Of a stretch of DNA of 64,000 bases, positions 9,679 to 18,692 are shown in pieces. Each line of letters opens with the position of its first letter. Within the stretch, counting starts at the first letter, position 1. The stretch is from an uncultured virus (IMG/VR IMGVR_UViG_3300049491_000674) (taxonomy: Duplodnaviria; Heunggongvirae; Uroviricota; Caudoviricetes). The position numbers and the translations under genes were made by a program. The stretch is taken from IMG/VR virus record IMGVR_UViG_3300049491_000674. One strand, 5' to 3'. A model generated the notes under the pieces. The model was not told the origin of the DNA. It saw nothing but the letters and a program-made list of their open reading frames with translations, and made no database searches.

Positions 9679-10011
9679 ATGGCCGACGACGAGAAGAAGG
9701 GGGATTGCAGCACGGGGGATGAACTACAGGCTGGCCCGGAGCTACCTGGCGGTTTTCGCCCATTCGTGAGACACACCTCAGACCACACCATTCAAACGGG
9801 CGTCATGAAAAAGATCGAGGAGGGTGAGCCCATATACGATAACGCCATGTATCTTAAGCCCCTTGATGGGAACCGATTCGAGGTGGTGAGTGAGCTTCGA
9901 AAAGACGCTGAGGCCACGACCAAAAGCGGTCCGGCTAAGGTCAACACCAAGGCATACCGTGACAACTGGGATGGAATCTTTGGAAAGAAGACCGCGGTCG
10001 GGCAAGCATGA
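9679..10011 (+). CDS. hypothetical protein
   Basis: ORF ending YRDNWDGIFGKK. Confidence 0.7.
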   Translation: MADDEKKGDCSTGDELQAGPELPGGFRPFVRHTSDHTIQTGVMKKIEEGEPIYDNAMYLKPLDGNRFEVVSELRKDAEATTKSGPAKVNTKAYRDNWDGIFGKKTAVGQA

Positions 10012-10211
10012 AAACGATGACTGCCGCTAAGCTCTTGGAGCAGCTCCTTATGGCTCGCATCAAGCACGGAGACAAGCTCGATACGATGTTGGTTGTCGTT
10101 GCCACAGGGCATAAGATGGACCCCTGGTATGAGAACCAGATCGAGGTTGCTGACGTGAAGGACCTCGCGGGTGAGGGATGCTTCTACATCGGCCGTGACC
10201 ACGACACCTGA
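10008..10211 (+). CDS. hypothetical protein
   Basis: ATGA coupling. Confidence 0.6.
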   Translation: MKTMTAAKLLEQLLMARIKHGDKLDTMLVVVATGHKMDPWYENQIEVADVKDLAGEGCFYIGRDHDT

Positions 10212-10497
10212 AGCTCTGGCGTTTCTCCAGGAGAAAAGGGCCCCCGCCCCTCTCTTGGACTTCGTTCGCTGGGCAGGGCATCGTCTAGAGCCTCATACTG
10301 AAGACCCCGAGGCATTCTTTATCGCGTATCAGCTTGCTCTGGCAGACCTTGCTCAAGGTCGAGCTGGGCTTCGAGGTAGTCTCGTAGGTAAACCACCTAG
10401 ATTCTACCTGCCCTTTACCGCTGCCGCGGACCTCGTTGCCCTTGCCTTTCATGGGGAAGCATTGGCTTCGGGGGTTCGAGCTGTACGCTCCGGGTTA
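10195..10497 (+). CDS. hypothetical protein (TTA end; TAA two codons later)
   Basis: ORF; start uncertain. Confidence 0.55.
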
Positions 10498-10509
10498 AAG
10501 TAAACAATA

Positions 10510-10985
10510 ACAGCATTGACGGCAATAGGCCGAAATTGGGGCAAACTCAGGCGTTTTCTAGCCCTGCTGCAACAAATCGATTGGTGTGTGCGAAGAGGGT
10601 ACGTTTCGGCCCCAAGCCTTGGAAAACAAGGCCATATTGCCCGCCCAAAGGTTTTAACATAAAACCACCCGGGAGCCTGTTGCAAGAACGGTGTTCGAAA
10701 ATCCCGTGTGAGGGTGGCAAAACCAAGGTTCGAGCTAGGTTTGCCTGTGCCTTCGAGGTGGGGGTATTGCGGTTTAGCTACAAGGTCCTTTACGTATGTT
10801 TCGGGTAATAACGTAGAGAACCGTAGAGAACACTAGCACCGCAGGGGAATTACCCTTGCGCCATGTCGTTAAACTTGGGCATAACCCGGGCATAATACGC
10901 CAGCAGGCAAGAACGTAGTTCGAAAATCCCTACGAACCTTACCGGGAAGGGGCCGTACTTTTGCGTAGAGTAGCAAAAGAAAATC
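10510..10985 (+). ncRNA. large structured non-coding RNA candidate
   Basis: ~470 nt without credible ORF; many stems; twice-repeated GCAAGAACG..GTTCGAAAATCCC; strand inferred from loop sequences. Confidence 0.45.
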
Positions 10986-10990
10986 CGTTG

Positions 10991-11061
10991 TGCTTCCGGC
11001 TGGACTCGAACCAGCACCAACAGGGAAAGCCCGTTGCCTCGACCACTTCGGCTTCGGAAGC
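10991..11061 (-). tRNA. atypical tRNA-like gene (5-nt loop CTTTC; Glu- or Lys-like, undetermined)
   Basis: GCTTCCG/CGGAAGC acceptor, D arm, GCTGG-TTCGAGT-CCAGC T arm. Confidence 0.7.
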
Positions 11062-11133
11062 GTTGCTGTTGCTCGGCACAAGAAGAACCATTGGGTTGCG
11101 GAAGTCCTTGTAGCTTAAGCTAAACAAGAACCC

Positions 11134-11559
11134 ATGAAGGTAACTAACATCTCCACATACAACCTGTACCTTCACGACCTGAGGGTCACTCACGCTTCTC
11201 AGGTCGAAGGGAGGCCAGGTGAGGACCGGTATCTGGGGCCGGGAGCTTCTGTTTATCTACCGAATACTACCGAAGTGGTTCGGTCCGCATACAAGGGGGA
11301 CCTTCGGAAGTGGCGAGACAACGGCCTTATTGACCTGGAGGATGAGCTTGTCCTACAAGCCAACGCTACTCCTGGGGACACTGTCGTATTGACCCATAAC
11401 TTTGGACTACCCCCTTCGGTCTATGTCTTGAAGCAGGTTGGTCCGAACTGGGTGGATGCTACAGGCACCGTGGATATCTCACACAACGCTCTGTTCACAA
11501 CAACCACGATTGTGAACACGCTTCTTGTGTCCCAAACCCTTCTTATCCGGTTGGTCTTA
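11134..11559 (+). CDS. putative virion structural protein (TTA end)
   Basis: Beta-rich; TTA 1 nt before next ATG. Confidence 0.65.
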
Positions 11560-11560
11560 G

Positions 11561-12400
11561 ATGTCTGCGGTACAAAACGATGGTTTTGGGACTATCTTTG
11601 CGGTAGGAGCAACACCTTCAAGCCCTTCGGGTGGGGCGTACGGGGGTGGTGCATCAGAGACGGTCGTGTATCGAGCTGGAGAGCCCAGTCCAACGGGGCA
11701 CATCTTCTCTAGCTTTACTGCGGCATATGCGGCAAGGCAACAGATTCAAGGGCCCGCAGTTATCGAGTTCGACGACTCTCTTGAGACCTGTTTTATCTAC
11801 GACAGCGAAGGGGATCCGTACGATCTCAACGATACAACGCTCAAGGGATATAAACCACAAGGCTTCTGTGGACGAACCAACGTCTACCTAGAAGAGGGTG
11901 CAAAGTTCAGGCACTTCCGTGAAGCCCGTGACCTGAACTTGTATACCTACAGCAGCCAGCCAGTCGTGACGATCCAAAACGACTCGGATGCAATCCGACT
12001 GGTCAATGCGATGCTGGAAATTGACGCCAATGGAGAGTGGTTCTCGCTCATCTCCTCAGTTCTAGCGGTCTCGATGTTTCAGGGGTCTTCTTTTAGCGAT
12101 GACGGGGCTTTGCTCCTCAACGTTGACGCGGGTTCCGCTGTGTATATGACCCTAGATGACGTGAATACCAACCTCCAGAGTGGTACTGTCGGAGGGGATG
12201 GGATTCTGCTGCTTGTTTGCGGAGCAGATGCTCAGTTTGCAGTGCAGCCCATCGCAAACTTCAACGTGTCGTTTTCAGCTGAGGCCACCAAAATCGGGTT
12301 TTCTCCAAGCGACTACGGGCACTGGCCAGAGCCCCCAAACTCAACCGCAGACGCACTCAACAAACTTGCGGCTCGTGTGTACGCCCTAGAGAATCCGTGA
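11561..12400 (+). CDS. putative virion fibre/decoration protein (DGFGxIF N-terminus)
   Basis: Termini paralogous with 12697 gene. Confidence 0.65.
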   Translation: MSAVQNDGFGTIFAVGATPSSPSGGAYGGGASETVVYRAGEPSPTGHIFSSFTAAYAARQQIQGPAVIEFDDSLETCFIYDSEGDPYDLNDTTLKGYKPQGFCGRTNVYLEEGAKFRHFREARDLNLYTYSSQPVVTIQNDSDAIRLVNAMLEIDANGEWFSLISSVLAVSMFQGSSFSDDGALLLNVDAGSAVYMTLDDVNTNLQSGTVGGDGILLLVCGADAQFAVQPIANFNVSFSAEATKIGFSPSDYGHWPEPPNSTADALNKLAARVYALENP

Positions 12401-12404
12401 CGCC

Positions 12405-12653
12405 ATGCCTCTAAAAATAGACCGTAAACGAACTCTGCATCGCATGGTTGATGGGGTATTGACGCCATGCCGTATGTCCGAACTGAATGCGGGAGATGTT
12501 GTCACGTTGATCATGCCAGACGGGCATCAGACCACGTTTACCATCTCTTATCAGATCAAGATGACCGCAGATGCTCGGAAAAAGATGCGGGAACAACTGA
12601 AAAAGCAACGCCCAAAGCGCCCTCGTATACGACCTGAACCCCCAAAACCATAA
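12405..12653 (+). CDS. small basic hypothetical protein
   Basis: Packed ORF. Confidence 0.55.
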   Translation: MPLKIDRKRTLHRMVDGVLTPCRMSELNAGDVVTLIMPDGHQTTFTISYQIKMTADARKKMREQLKKQRPKRPRIRPEPPKP

Positions 12654-12696
12654 TCTGCGCTGCCTTCTCACAACCTCTTTATCATCTTGGTGTGGT

Positions 12697-14295
12697 ATGA
12701 CTGACGTCAGACACGACGGCTTTGGTTCGATCTTCGCAGTAGGTGCCACACCCACTGATCCCACTGGAGGGGCGTACGGTGGAGGCGGTGGAGGCTCAGG
12801 TAACGTTGTGGTCTGGGCGCCTTCCACCTACAGCTACCCAGATCCTCTGCCTCAAGGATGGCATCGAGATTTTTTGGTGGCTGTAGATGCGGTCAACAAC
12901 CTGACGGCTCCTTCCGCTATCCTTCAAACGATGGCAGATCCCCAAGAAGATGAAGTGATGCTTCCTGGTGGGACTTGGACGTTCAATAAGCCCACGACCA
13001 TCGCGGGTAGGGCTGTAGACTCAGGGACGGACACAGGTTTCAGAGCATACCAACAACTCCTGTACTTCTACACGGAGGGGGACTCGGCCAACCCTTGTAA
13101 GATCAATGGGTGTGTTGGCCTGAAGGATCTCTACTTCCGGTCGAACGAGAATGGATCCAACGTTCAGACGACACAGGATTTCCAGACAGTTAACCCCACT
13201 GTGTTGGTTGACGTAAATGTCACCGAGCTGACTGGGGTTGCGCTGAACAAGTTGGTCTACATTGATGGGGCAGGTTACTACCGCGTCATCAGCATTGACG
13301 GGACTCTGCTCTCATTGCGAAACGAAGGGTTCAACGGTAACGCAGGAGCTGGGGTCACGATCACAGCAGGTACAACGGTGTACCCAGACAACGCCGTTTT
13401 CTATATGTCTGATGGTAACTCGATCGAGTTCACGTTGGACAACACGGATTTCCACTTCGGGAATTATAGGTTCGGAACGTTCCACGTTGACCGAGCTGAT
13501 GATTGGGGGTCTTTGTCCGTCTACCTTACCAACGGAGCAGCTACACGTTGGTACGCATGGCGTGTTGACGGGTCTGTGGTCTTCACGACGGATGGTTCGG
13601 GCTGCTGGATTGGGTCATCTGCCTTCTTTGGTGAAGGGTATGTGGCGACCTACCCGATGGCGGGCTGCCAAATTCGAACCTACCAGCCAGTCATCAACCA
13701 ATGGGATCAGTACCAGCCCTACATCCCGTATCTACCAGACTCGCCCAACGACTGGCCAGATGGGCCTCCGGCAGCATACCACGAGGCTCTTGATCAGCTT
13801 GCTCGAAGGTTTTTCCGCCCGAGTCTGGCTCAGGTCACACTGAGTGCCCCCCAGATCACTAACTTGGCGACCAATGATGCAGTCCAGTTTGACACCTTTC
13901 TTGCCTCTACAAACGATGGGTTTTTCAACTGGATCAATCTTCAGCCTAATGGTCAAGTCCAACTTTGGTTTGGGGACAATTTGAACCGAGGGCGAAGCAG
14001 TTTCAAACTCGTTGGGAACTTGGGTAGTTTGTATGATGGGGCTATTGCCATACAATGGTGGGATGTGACAAACAACCGAGGGGTTGGAAATGTCACAGGG
14101 AATGTCGGGTCGGGTGTCCCTGGGGACGCGGTGGCAATCATCCCCTTTGAATACAACACTCCTCTAAATACCTACACTGTCTTTCAGTTGAGAATGGTAT
14201 TCACAGTAGGGGTGACACACATCGGAGAAAACACCTCTGGCGGTTTCATCCTACCTACCGCAACCGTAGAGCAACTTGGGAGTCCCCGTCTATGA
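12697..14295 (+). CDS. putative virion fibre/decoration protein (DGFGxIF N-terminus)
   Basis: 532 aa, beta-rich; shares WPxxPP..ALDxLAxR motif with 11561 gene. Confidence 0.7.
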   Translation: MTDVRHDGFGSIFAVGATPTDPTGGAYGGGGGGSGNVVVWAPSTYSYPDPLPQGWHRDFLVAVDAVNNLTAPSAILQTMADPQEDEVMLPGGTWTFNKPTTIAGRAVDSGTDTGFRAYQQLLYFYTEGDSANPCKINGCVGLKDLYFRSNENGSNVQTTQDFQTVNPTVLVDVNVTELTGVALNKLVYIDGAGYYRVISIDGTLLSLRNEGFNGNAGAGVTITAGTTVYPDNAVFYMSDGNSIEFTLDNTDFHFGNYRFGTFHVDRADDWGSLSVYLTNGAATRWYAWRVDGSVVFTTDGSGCWIGSSAFFGEGYVATYPMAGCQIRTYQPVINQWDQYQPYIPYLPDSPNDWPDGPPAAYHEALDQLARRFFRPSLAQVTLSAPQITNLATNDAVQFDTFLASTNDGFFNWINLQPNGQVQLWFGDNLNRGRSSFKLVGNLGSLYDGAIAIQWWDVTNNRGVGNVTGNVGSGVPGDAVAIIPFEYNTPLNTYTVFQLRMVFTVGVTHIGENTSGGFILPTATVEQLGSPRL

Positions 14296-14501
14296 GCACA
14301 CCATTCATTTACGTAAACGGGGATAAGACCAAATCTCCCGTCAAACCCTCTGAGCAAAAGCCAGGGACTCTGCTAGTCTTCGTCGACAAGATGGGACGTG
14401 AAACCCCCTTCAATGCAGGTAAGCTTATCGTTGCAGACCCTGCGAAGCGTCTTGCTACGTGGAAGAAGCGTTTGAAGGATAACACCCCTGAGGGGGCGTT
14501 A
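14292..14501 (+). CDS. hypothetical protein (TTA end; standard stop 14528)
   Basis: ATGA coupling. Confidence 0.6.
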
Positions 14502-14524
14502 TCCCCCTCAGACTGGCTGGGTAG

Positions 14525-15697
14525 ATGACTCCGCCCAACTTCCACTACCTGACCCAACGTGTTGCTAGCCGATACATCTGGGCTCTCGCTAGCCAAAAGT
14601 TGCCTGGCCTGATCGACGAAGCCCTAAAAGAGGTTAAAGCGGAGAAGTACCCCGAGGCTTTTGAGGCTTTCGACAAATTCTTGAAGGCACTCGGAATATT
14701 CGGCACGATCAGTGGGGATGGGCTTCGTGTTGTTAGCGAGTGGGCCCACAACATGAACTCGGAACAACGAGATGCCTACAACAGATGGCTTTCGGAGTTC
14801 AGCTCCATCCGGGAACGTCTTCGTCGTACCGTTGACCCACGTACCAAAAGTGAAGTACCTCGGATGGGGGACATTGAGTGGGATCTTGGCTCTGTTCGCC
14901 ACGACTTCATCGAATGGGTGGAGCCGTTCTTCCGTGATGAGGACGACGAATTTACCCACGGGCCCTTCAAGATCATCCTCACTGAAGATGCCCGAGATGG
15001 CTTGGAAGAGTCCATGAAGACTTTGGACTTGGCCTCCGCCAAGATCAGGTCCTCAAAATTCGACAAAGTGCTCTACGGCAAGGTGTTCGTCACCCGTGGG
15101 GTCAAGGACAACAAGGCTGGATCCTATGTCCCAGCCCGAGACAGCATCAACCTAAGCCTCTATGCGATACCTGACCGAGACAGCGTGATGACGCTGATCC
15201 ACGAATTCGGGCATCGATACCACACAAGATTCCTCGACCACGAGGCTAGGCAGAAGTTCATCCGGCTTTCGGAAGAAGGGGACTATGAGGTCTTCTACTT
15301 CAACCTCGGGGAGCGGAAGAAGCTTGCGGACGAGTACATCGCTCTTTTGCTGAAACACCGTATTGGGGAGTTTCCGACCAAGGCGCTATCGGATGAAGGC
15401 GAGCGGTGGTTCCACAACTACCCTAGGGACGAGTGGAAGACGAAGGTGGTCCCATTCATCCGCAAGTTCAGGGACGATGCGGATGACACGGTGGAGGAGC
15501 AGCTCCGTGAGGCCCTTGGGAAGTTTTGGCTTGGCGGTAATGTTGAGGTGGAGTCCAACAAAGACCACCGCACGCCCCTGTACGCCTCTCCCTACGGGTC
15601 TACGAATTGGACGGAGAACTTCGCCGAGTGTTTCCTGCACTACATTATTGGGAAAGCATTGCCTCCGCCACTCCAGAAGTTCATGGACTCCCTCTGA
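14525..15697 (+). CDS. zincin-like metallopeptidase domain protein
   Basis: TLIHEFGHRYH (HExxH) and SPYG..ENFAECF third-ligand motif. Confidence 0.7.
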   Translation: MTPPNFHYLTQRVASRYIWALASQKLPGLIDEALKEVKAEKYPEAFEAFDKFLKALGIFGTISGDGLRVVSEWAHNMNSEQRDAYNRWLSEFSSIRERLRRTVDPRTKSEVPRMGDIEWDLGSVRHDFIEWVEPFFRDEDDEFTHGPFKIILTEDARDGLEESMKTLDLASAKIRSSKFDKVLYGKVFVTRGVKDNKAGSYVPARDSINLSLYAIPDRDSVMTLIHEFGHRYHTRFLDHEARQKFIRLSEEGDYEVFYFNLGERKKLADEYIALLLKHRIGEFPTKALSDEGERWFHNYPRDEWKTKVVPFIRKFRDDADDTVEEQLREALGKFWLGGNVEVESNKDHRTPLYASPYGSTNWTENFAECFLHYIIGKALPPPLQKFMDSL

Positions 15698-15707
15698 CCG
15701 AGGGTTA

Positions 15708-16235
15708 TTACCAACACAGCTTCAGTTTGAACATCCCCAAGAGGTTACGTTTCGCCTCTTCACTAAGGGGCTGAAGCTGTTTTCCTTGGGGCGATTTCAA
15801 CCCCGGGTGACGGTTTGCCCACGGGGGGCCTGTAACCATGAGACTCAAGCTGGGTACACGGAGAGGGCGAACGTAGTGCCATCCGTTGGGCTCCACCATC
15901 TCATAGGAGGACCCTGCGGCTAGAATGACCGTGGCGGCCTCTTGTGGGTCTTCGGCGGAAGTCCCGTACCCCACTCCCATCTCGTACGTACCGAAGACGA
16001 TCTCGATGGCACTAGGCCAGGGATGAGGGTGGTAGAGGGCCTTCTCGCACGGGGCGATCCAGTGGAGATACAACCGATGCCCTGGATGCGTTTCGTCGAT
16101 TGGCCTCCAAAGCCGTTGGACTCTGGGTGGCTCGTAGTCGACATCCAACGAATGCCAGCCATCGGAGTCCCGCAAAAGCTCTGGGAGTCGAGCCTTGGCC
16201 TCCTGGAGGATGGTGAGGTAGGTTCCTTTATCCAT
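15708..16235 (-). CDS. cupin-fold protein (cysteine-dioxygenase-like)
   Basis: RLYLH..YHPHPW..GTYEM..WHYVRP pattern. Confidence 0.6.
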   Translation of the reverse strand: MDKGTYLTILQEAKARLPELLRDSDGWHSLDVDYEPPRVQRLWRPIDETHPGHRLYLHWIAPCEKALYHPHPWPSAIEIVFGTYEMGVGYGTSAEDPQEAATVILAAGSSYEMVEPNGWHYVRPLRVPSLSLMVTGPPWANRHPGLKSPQGKQLQPLSEEAKRNLLGMFKLKLCW

Positions 16236-16237
16236 AG

Positions 16238-16327
16238 CGCCTCCGAGGGGACTCGAACCCCTGATGTGGGCCTTACGACCCAGCACGGTTTAGAGCCGTG
16301 TCCCTTCAACCATTCGGGCACGGAGGC
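16238..16327 (-). tRNA. tRNA with CUA anticodon (amber suppressor), long variable arm, G73 (Ser-like), no encoded CCA
   Basis: GCCTCCG/CGGAGGC acceptor; CACGG-CTCTAAA-CCGTG anticodon arm; AGGGG-TTCGAGT-CCCCT T arm. Confidence 0.9.
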
Positions 16328-16333
16328 AAAAAC

Positions 16334-16669
16334 TAAGGCTACCGACGCATGATCTTGAATGACCATCTCCGTCAGGATGAAGTTGCGCATCAGCTTGGGA
16401 GCCCACCCCTGCCGAAGTGCGAGACGGATCAGTCTGTCAACAACAGGCTTTCCCACGGGATCCAACTCAGGAAGCTTGTCCCGTCGGAATGCGGCCACGA
16501 AGACATGGCCTGGGTTTTCTTCGGGTTCGACCGTAACCACCAAGGTATCACGAATGGTCTCCCTAGACCCTTCCTTTGCAGGGAGCTGTCGACCTTCATC
16601 TCGAACCATGAATCGGTACGAGATCCCATCTACGCTAATAAGGCGGCTCCCCTTTTTGGGCATCGTCAT
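16334..16669 (-). CDS. hypothetical protein (TTA end 6 nt before tRNA)
   Basis: MPKKGSRLISVDG..IRLALRQGWAP; GGTGTA motif upstream. Confidence 0.7.
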
Positions 16670-17070
16670 GCAGCATCTATACACCGAAGAGCAAGAGGTA
16701 GATGGGAAAGAATTTTGCGGCAATCTGGCCCAAAGGCCACAGCAGTCAATTCATTGTCCCGATCCGGTTCAAAGAATGGGGCAAAGGCGTACCCTAGCTT
16801 CTCTGCCTTCTCTGTGAGTCGGTGCAGACTCCCTTCGTCCCGAGCTGCAAGTAGAGCCAGCGTGTTGGAATTCGTATACCAATGCAAGTCCAACTTTGGG
16901 TGAGTGGCTGCAAACTCCCTCAGGGCATGAGCTGCCTGCACTGCCTGTTGTCCAGGAGACAGGTCCCCTCGTGTGACCAAAAACAGCTTGGAGTTGGGCG
17001 GAAGGGGAGGGGGAAGGTCATCGTAGAGACAACCCCCTCCGTTACGACAATCTGAATGGCAGGTACCCAT
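16666..17070 (-). CDS. peptidyl-tRNA hydrolase 2 (Pth2)-like protein
   Basis: KLFLVTRGDLSPGQQAVQAAHA..FFEPD..ELTAVAFGP..LSHLPL. Confidence 0.8.
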   Translation of the reverse strand: MGTCHSDCRNGGGCLYDDLPPPLPPNSKLFLVTRGDLSPGQQAVQAAHALREFAATHPKLDLHWYTNSNTLALLAARDEGSLHRLTEKAEKLGYAFAPFFEPDRDNELTAVAFGPDCRKILSHLPLALRCIDAA

Positions 17071-17867
17071 CACACACCTTCTTTCAAGATATCTTCTCGG
17101 ATGAGAACGAGCTTGAGCCCTTCGCGTCTCCAGACTTTAGTGGCAACGACAACATTGTCGTCATCATCGTCTGTCTCGTAGGTGTGGATAGTTCCATCAG
17201 CTTCAAATGTTGGAGCTTTAGATTCTGAAGTAATGTATTGCACCGAATCTGGCAGCTCCAAAAGGGGCCACCCAGACATGGGGTCTGAGAAGTCGTAGAA
17301 GCGAAAGTCGTACGAAGCGCCCCAGTAACAACCGTCCACCACGAGCAACTTCGAGTCTGCGTGGAAAGTATAGGATGCCCAACAAAAGCCGTCGCCATCA
17401 TGGGCTTCTTCGGGCAGGTAATCCCGACGAAGCCCCGTATCTAGCTCGATCACGGTCTGGCCTTGGTAGTCCTCCCCACAGATGAGATACGAGTGCCCGT
17501 TGGGGTGGTCTTCCACGAACAGAAACGGGAAGGCTCCGTAGTTACGGTTCACGATTGCGATGGGGGTATCGGATCCCATCGCATAGACCTTTCCTTGGGC
17601 ATACGCCCAAGTATTGGGTCCAGTCTCATACCTCGATGTGACAAGCTTGAACTTGCCGGAAGGACTCAAATGCTCTCGACGTGAGTCAGGCTTCTCGTTC
17701 ACGAATCGAGCGTCGATCCGGGCACGATTGTACGCCTGAAACAGCTTTAGATCGACGAGCTTTCGAAGTCGACGTAGCTCTGCGTACCCTCCTTCAACAG
17801 AGGAGGGGTCGAAATCGACGTACGCTTGCAACTCGGGAGTCATCCCGGGAAAGTCGATCTTGGACAT
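17070..17867 (-). CDS. hypothetical protein
   Basis: 265-aa ORF with TGATG coupling. Confidence 0.75.
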   Translation of the reverse strand: MSKIDFPGMTPELQAYVDFDPSSVEGGYAELRRLRKLVDLKLFQAYNRARIDARFVNEKPDSRREHLSPSGKFKLVTSRYETGPNTWAYAQGKVYAMGSDTPIAIVNRNYGAFPFLFVEDHPNGHSYLICGEDYQGQTVIELDTGLRRDYLPEEAHDGDGFCWASYTFHADSKLLVVDGCYWGASYDFRFYDFSDPMSGWPLLELPDSVQYITSESKAPTFEADGTIHTYETDDDDDNVVVATKVWRREGLKLVLIREDILKEGV

Positions 17868-18136
17868 CACTCTGCCTCTTCCAGGGGGGTCTCTTCGACG
17901 CTAAGAAATGCGTTCGCTTCTTTGATCAGGGCGTAACGCTGACAGTCTGGTTTGTGGTTGGGCTCTTCACCTTTACATGTCGGGCATTCCGACGTGCTGC
18001 CCTTGTAGCAGTGGCACCCTCGGCCACAGTAGTTGTCCACCATAACCCATTCGTACTCCTCGGCGATACACAGGAGATCCCGCATGATGTCGAGGGTCGT
18101 TCGGGGTTCGACGGGGAGGGCATCGTACGCAGGCAT
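17867..18136 (-). CDS. Cys/His-rich hypothetical protein
   Basis: CPTC..H..C motif. Confidence 0.65.
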   Translation of the reverse strand: MPAYDALPVEPRTTLDIMRDLLCIAEEYEWVMVDNYCGRGCHCYKGSTSECPTCKGEEPNHKPDCQRYALIKEANAFLSVEETPLEEAE

Positions 18137-18528
18137 CACTCTGCCGCCCCTTTCAGTTTCTCGTGGCGAGCACGAGACTCCTCAGGCGTGAGCTTCTGAC
18201 GAACAGGGGCAGGAATTGCCCCTGCCGGATCCTCCAACCAGGCCACGATTGCCGGATTAACCGAGTAGTACGTGGACGCAAAACCGGGAATGTGGCTGCC
18301 CAGAAACTGGGTGAGAATGCGGGCATCGGGCTTGTTGTGCTGCACCATGGACCCGTCGGGCATCGTCTGCGTTCGGGTGGAACGCTCGATACGACGGTAC
18401 GGGAATCCACGGACAAAGCCCCACGCAAGGTTTCCGTAACGCTCCCCTGCCTGGGAGCGGATCGCCTTGAAAATCGCCTTCACAGACGCCTTTTGGGCGT
18501 CGTCCAACTGCTTGTAATTCTCGAACAT
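18136..18528 (-). CDS. hypothetical protein (LAWGFVRGFPYRRIE)
   Basis: Strong AAGGAG RBS; first gene of Pth2-like operon. Confidence 0.75.
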   Translation of the reverse strand: MFENYKQLDDAQKASVKAIFKAIRSQAGERYGNLAWGFVRGFPYRRIERSTRTQTMPDGSMVQHNKPDARILTQFLGSHIPGFASTYYSVNPAIVAWLEDPAGAIPAPVRQKLTPEESRARHEKLKGAAE

Positions 18529-18587
18529 GGTGTATCTCCTTGGTTATGAACTCTACTGACTCGGGTTGAAAAGAGACAGGAGTCCCA

Positions 18588-18647
18588 AGGAGGACCACGG
18601 GCGAGATGGCGGGGCAGCTACAGGAAGGGCATCGAGTATTTCGTCAC
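18588..18647 (-). promoter_or_regulatory. leader ORF MTKYSMPFL-UAG-LPRHLARGPP (putative readthrough-gated arrest peptide)
   Basis: GTG 13 nt after GGTGTA; in-frame TAG 18618-18620; RGPP 18588-18599. Confidence 0.55.
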
Positions 18648-18692
18648 AGTGGTTGAAGTATACACCAGTTCGGTGCAGGTCAATCGATTTTT

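Noticed and set aside
15920..16333. C-terminal half of the 267-aa ORF-track protein
   Set aside because: It runs through a tRNA and another gene; the gene most likely ends at 16334.
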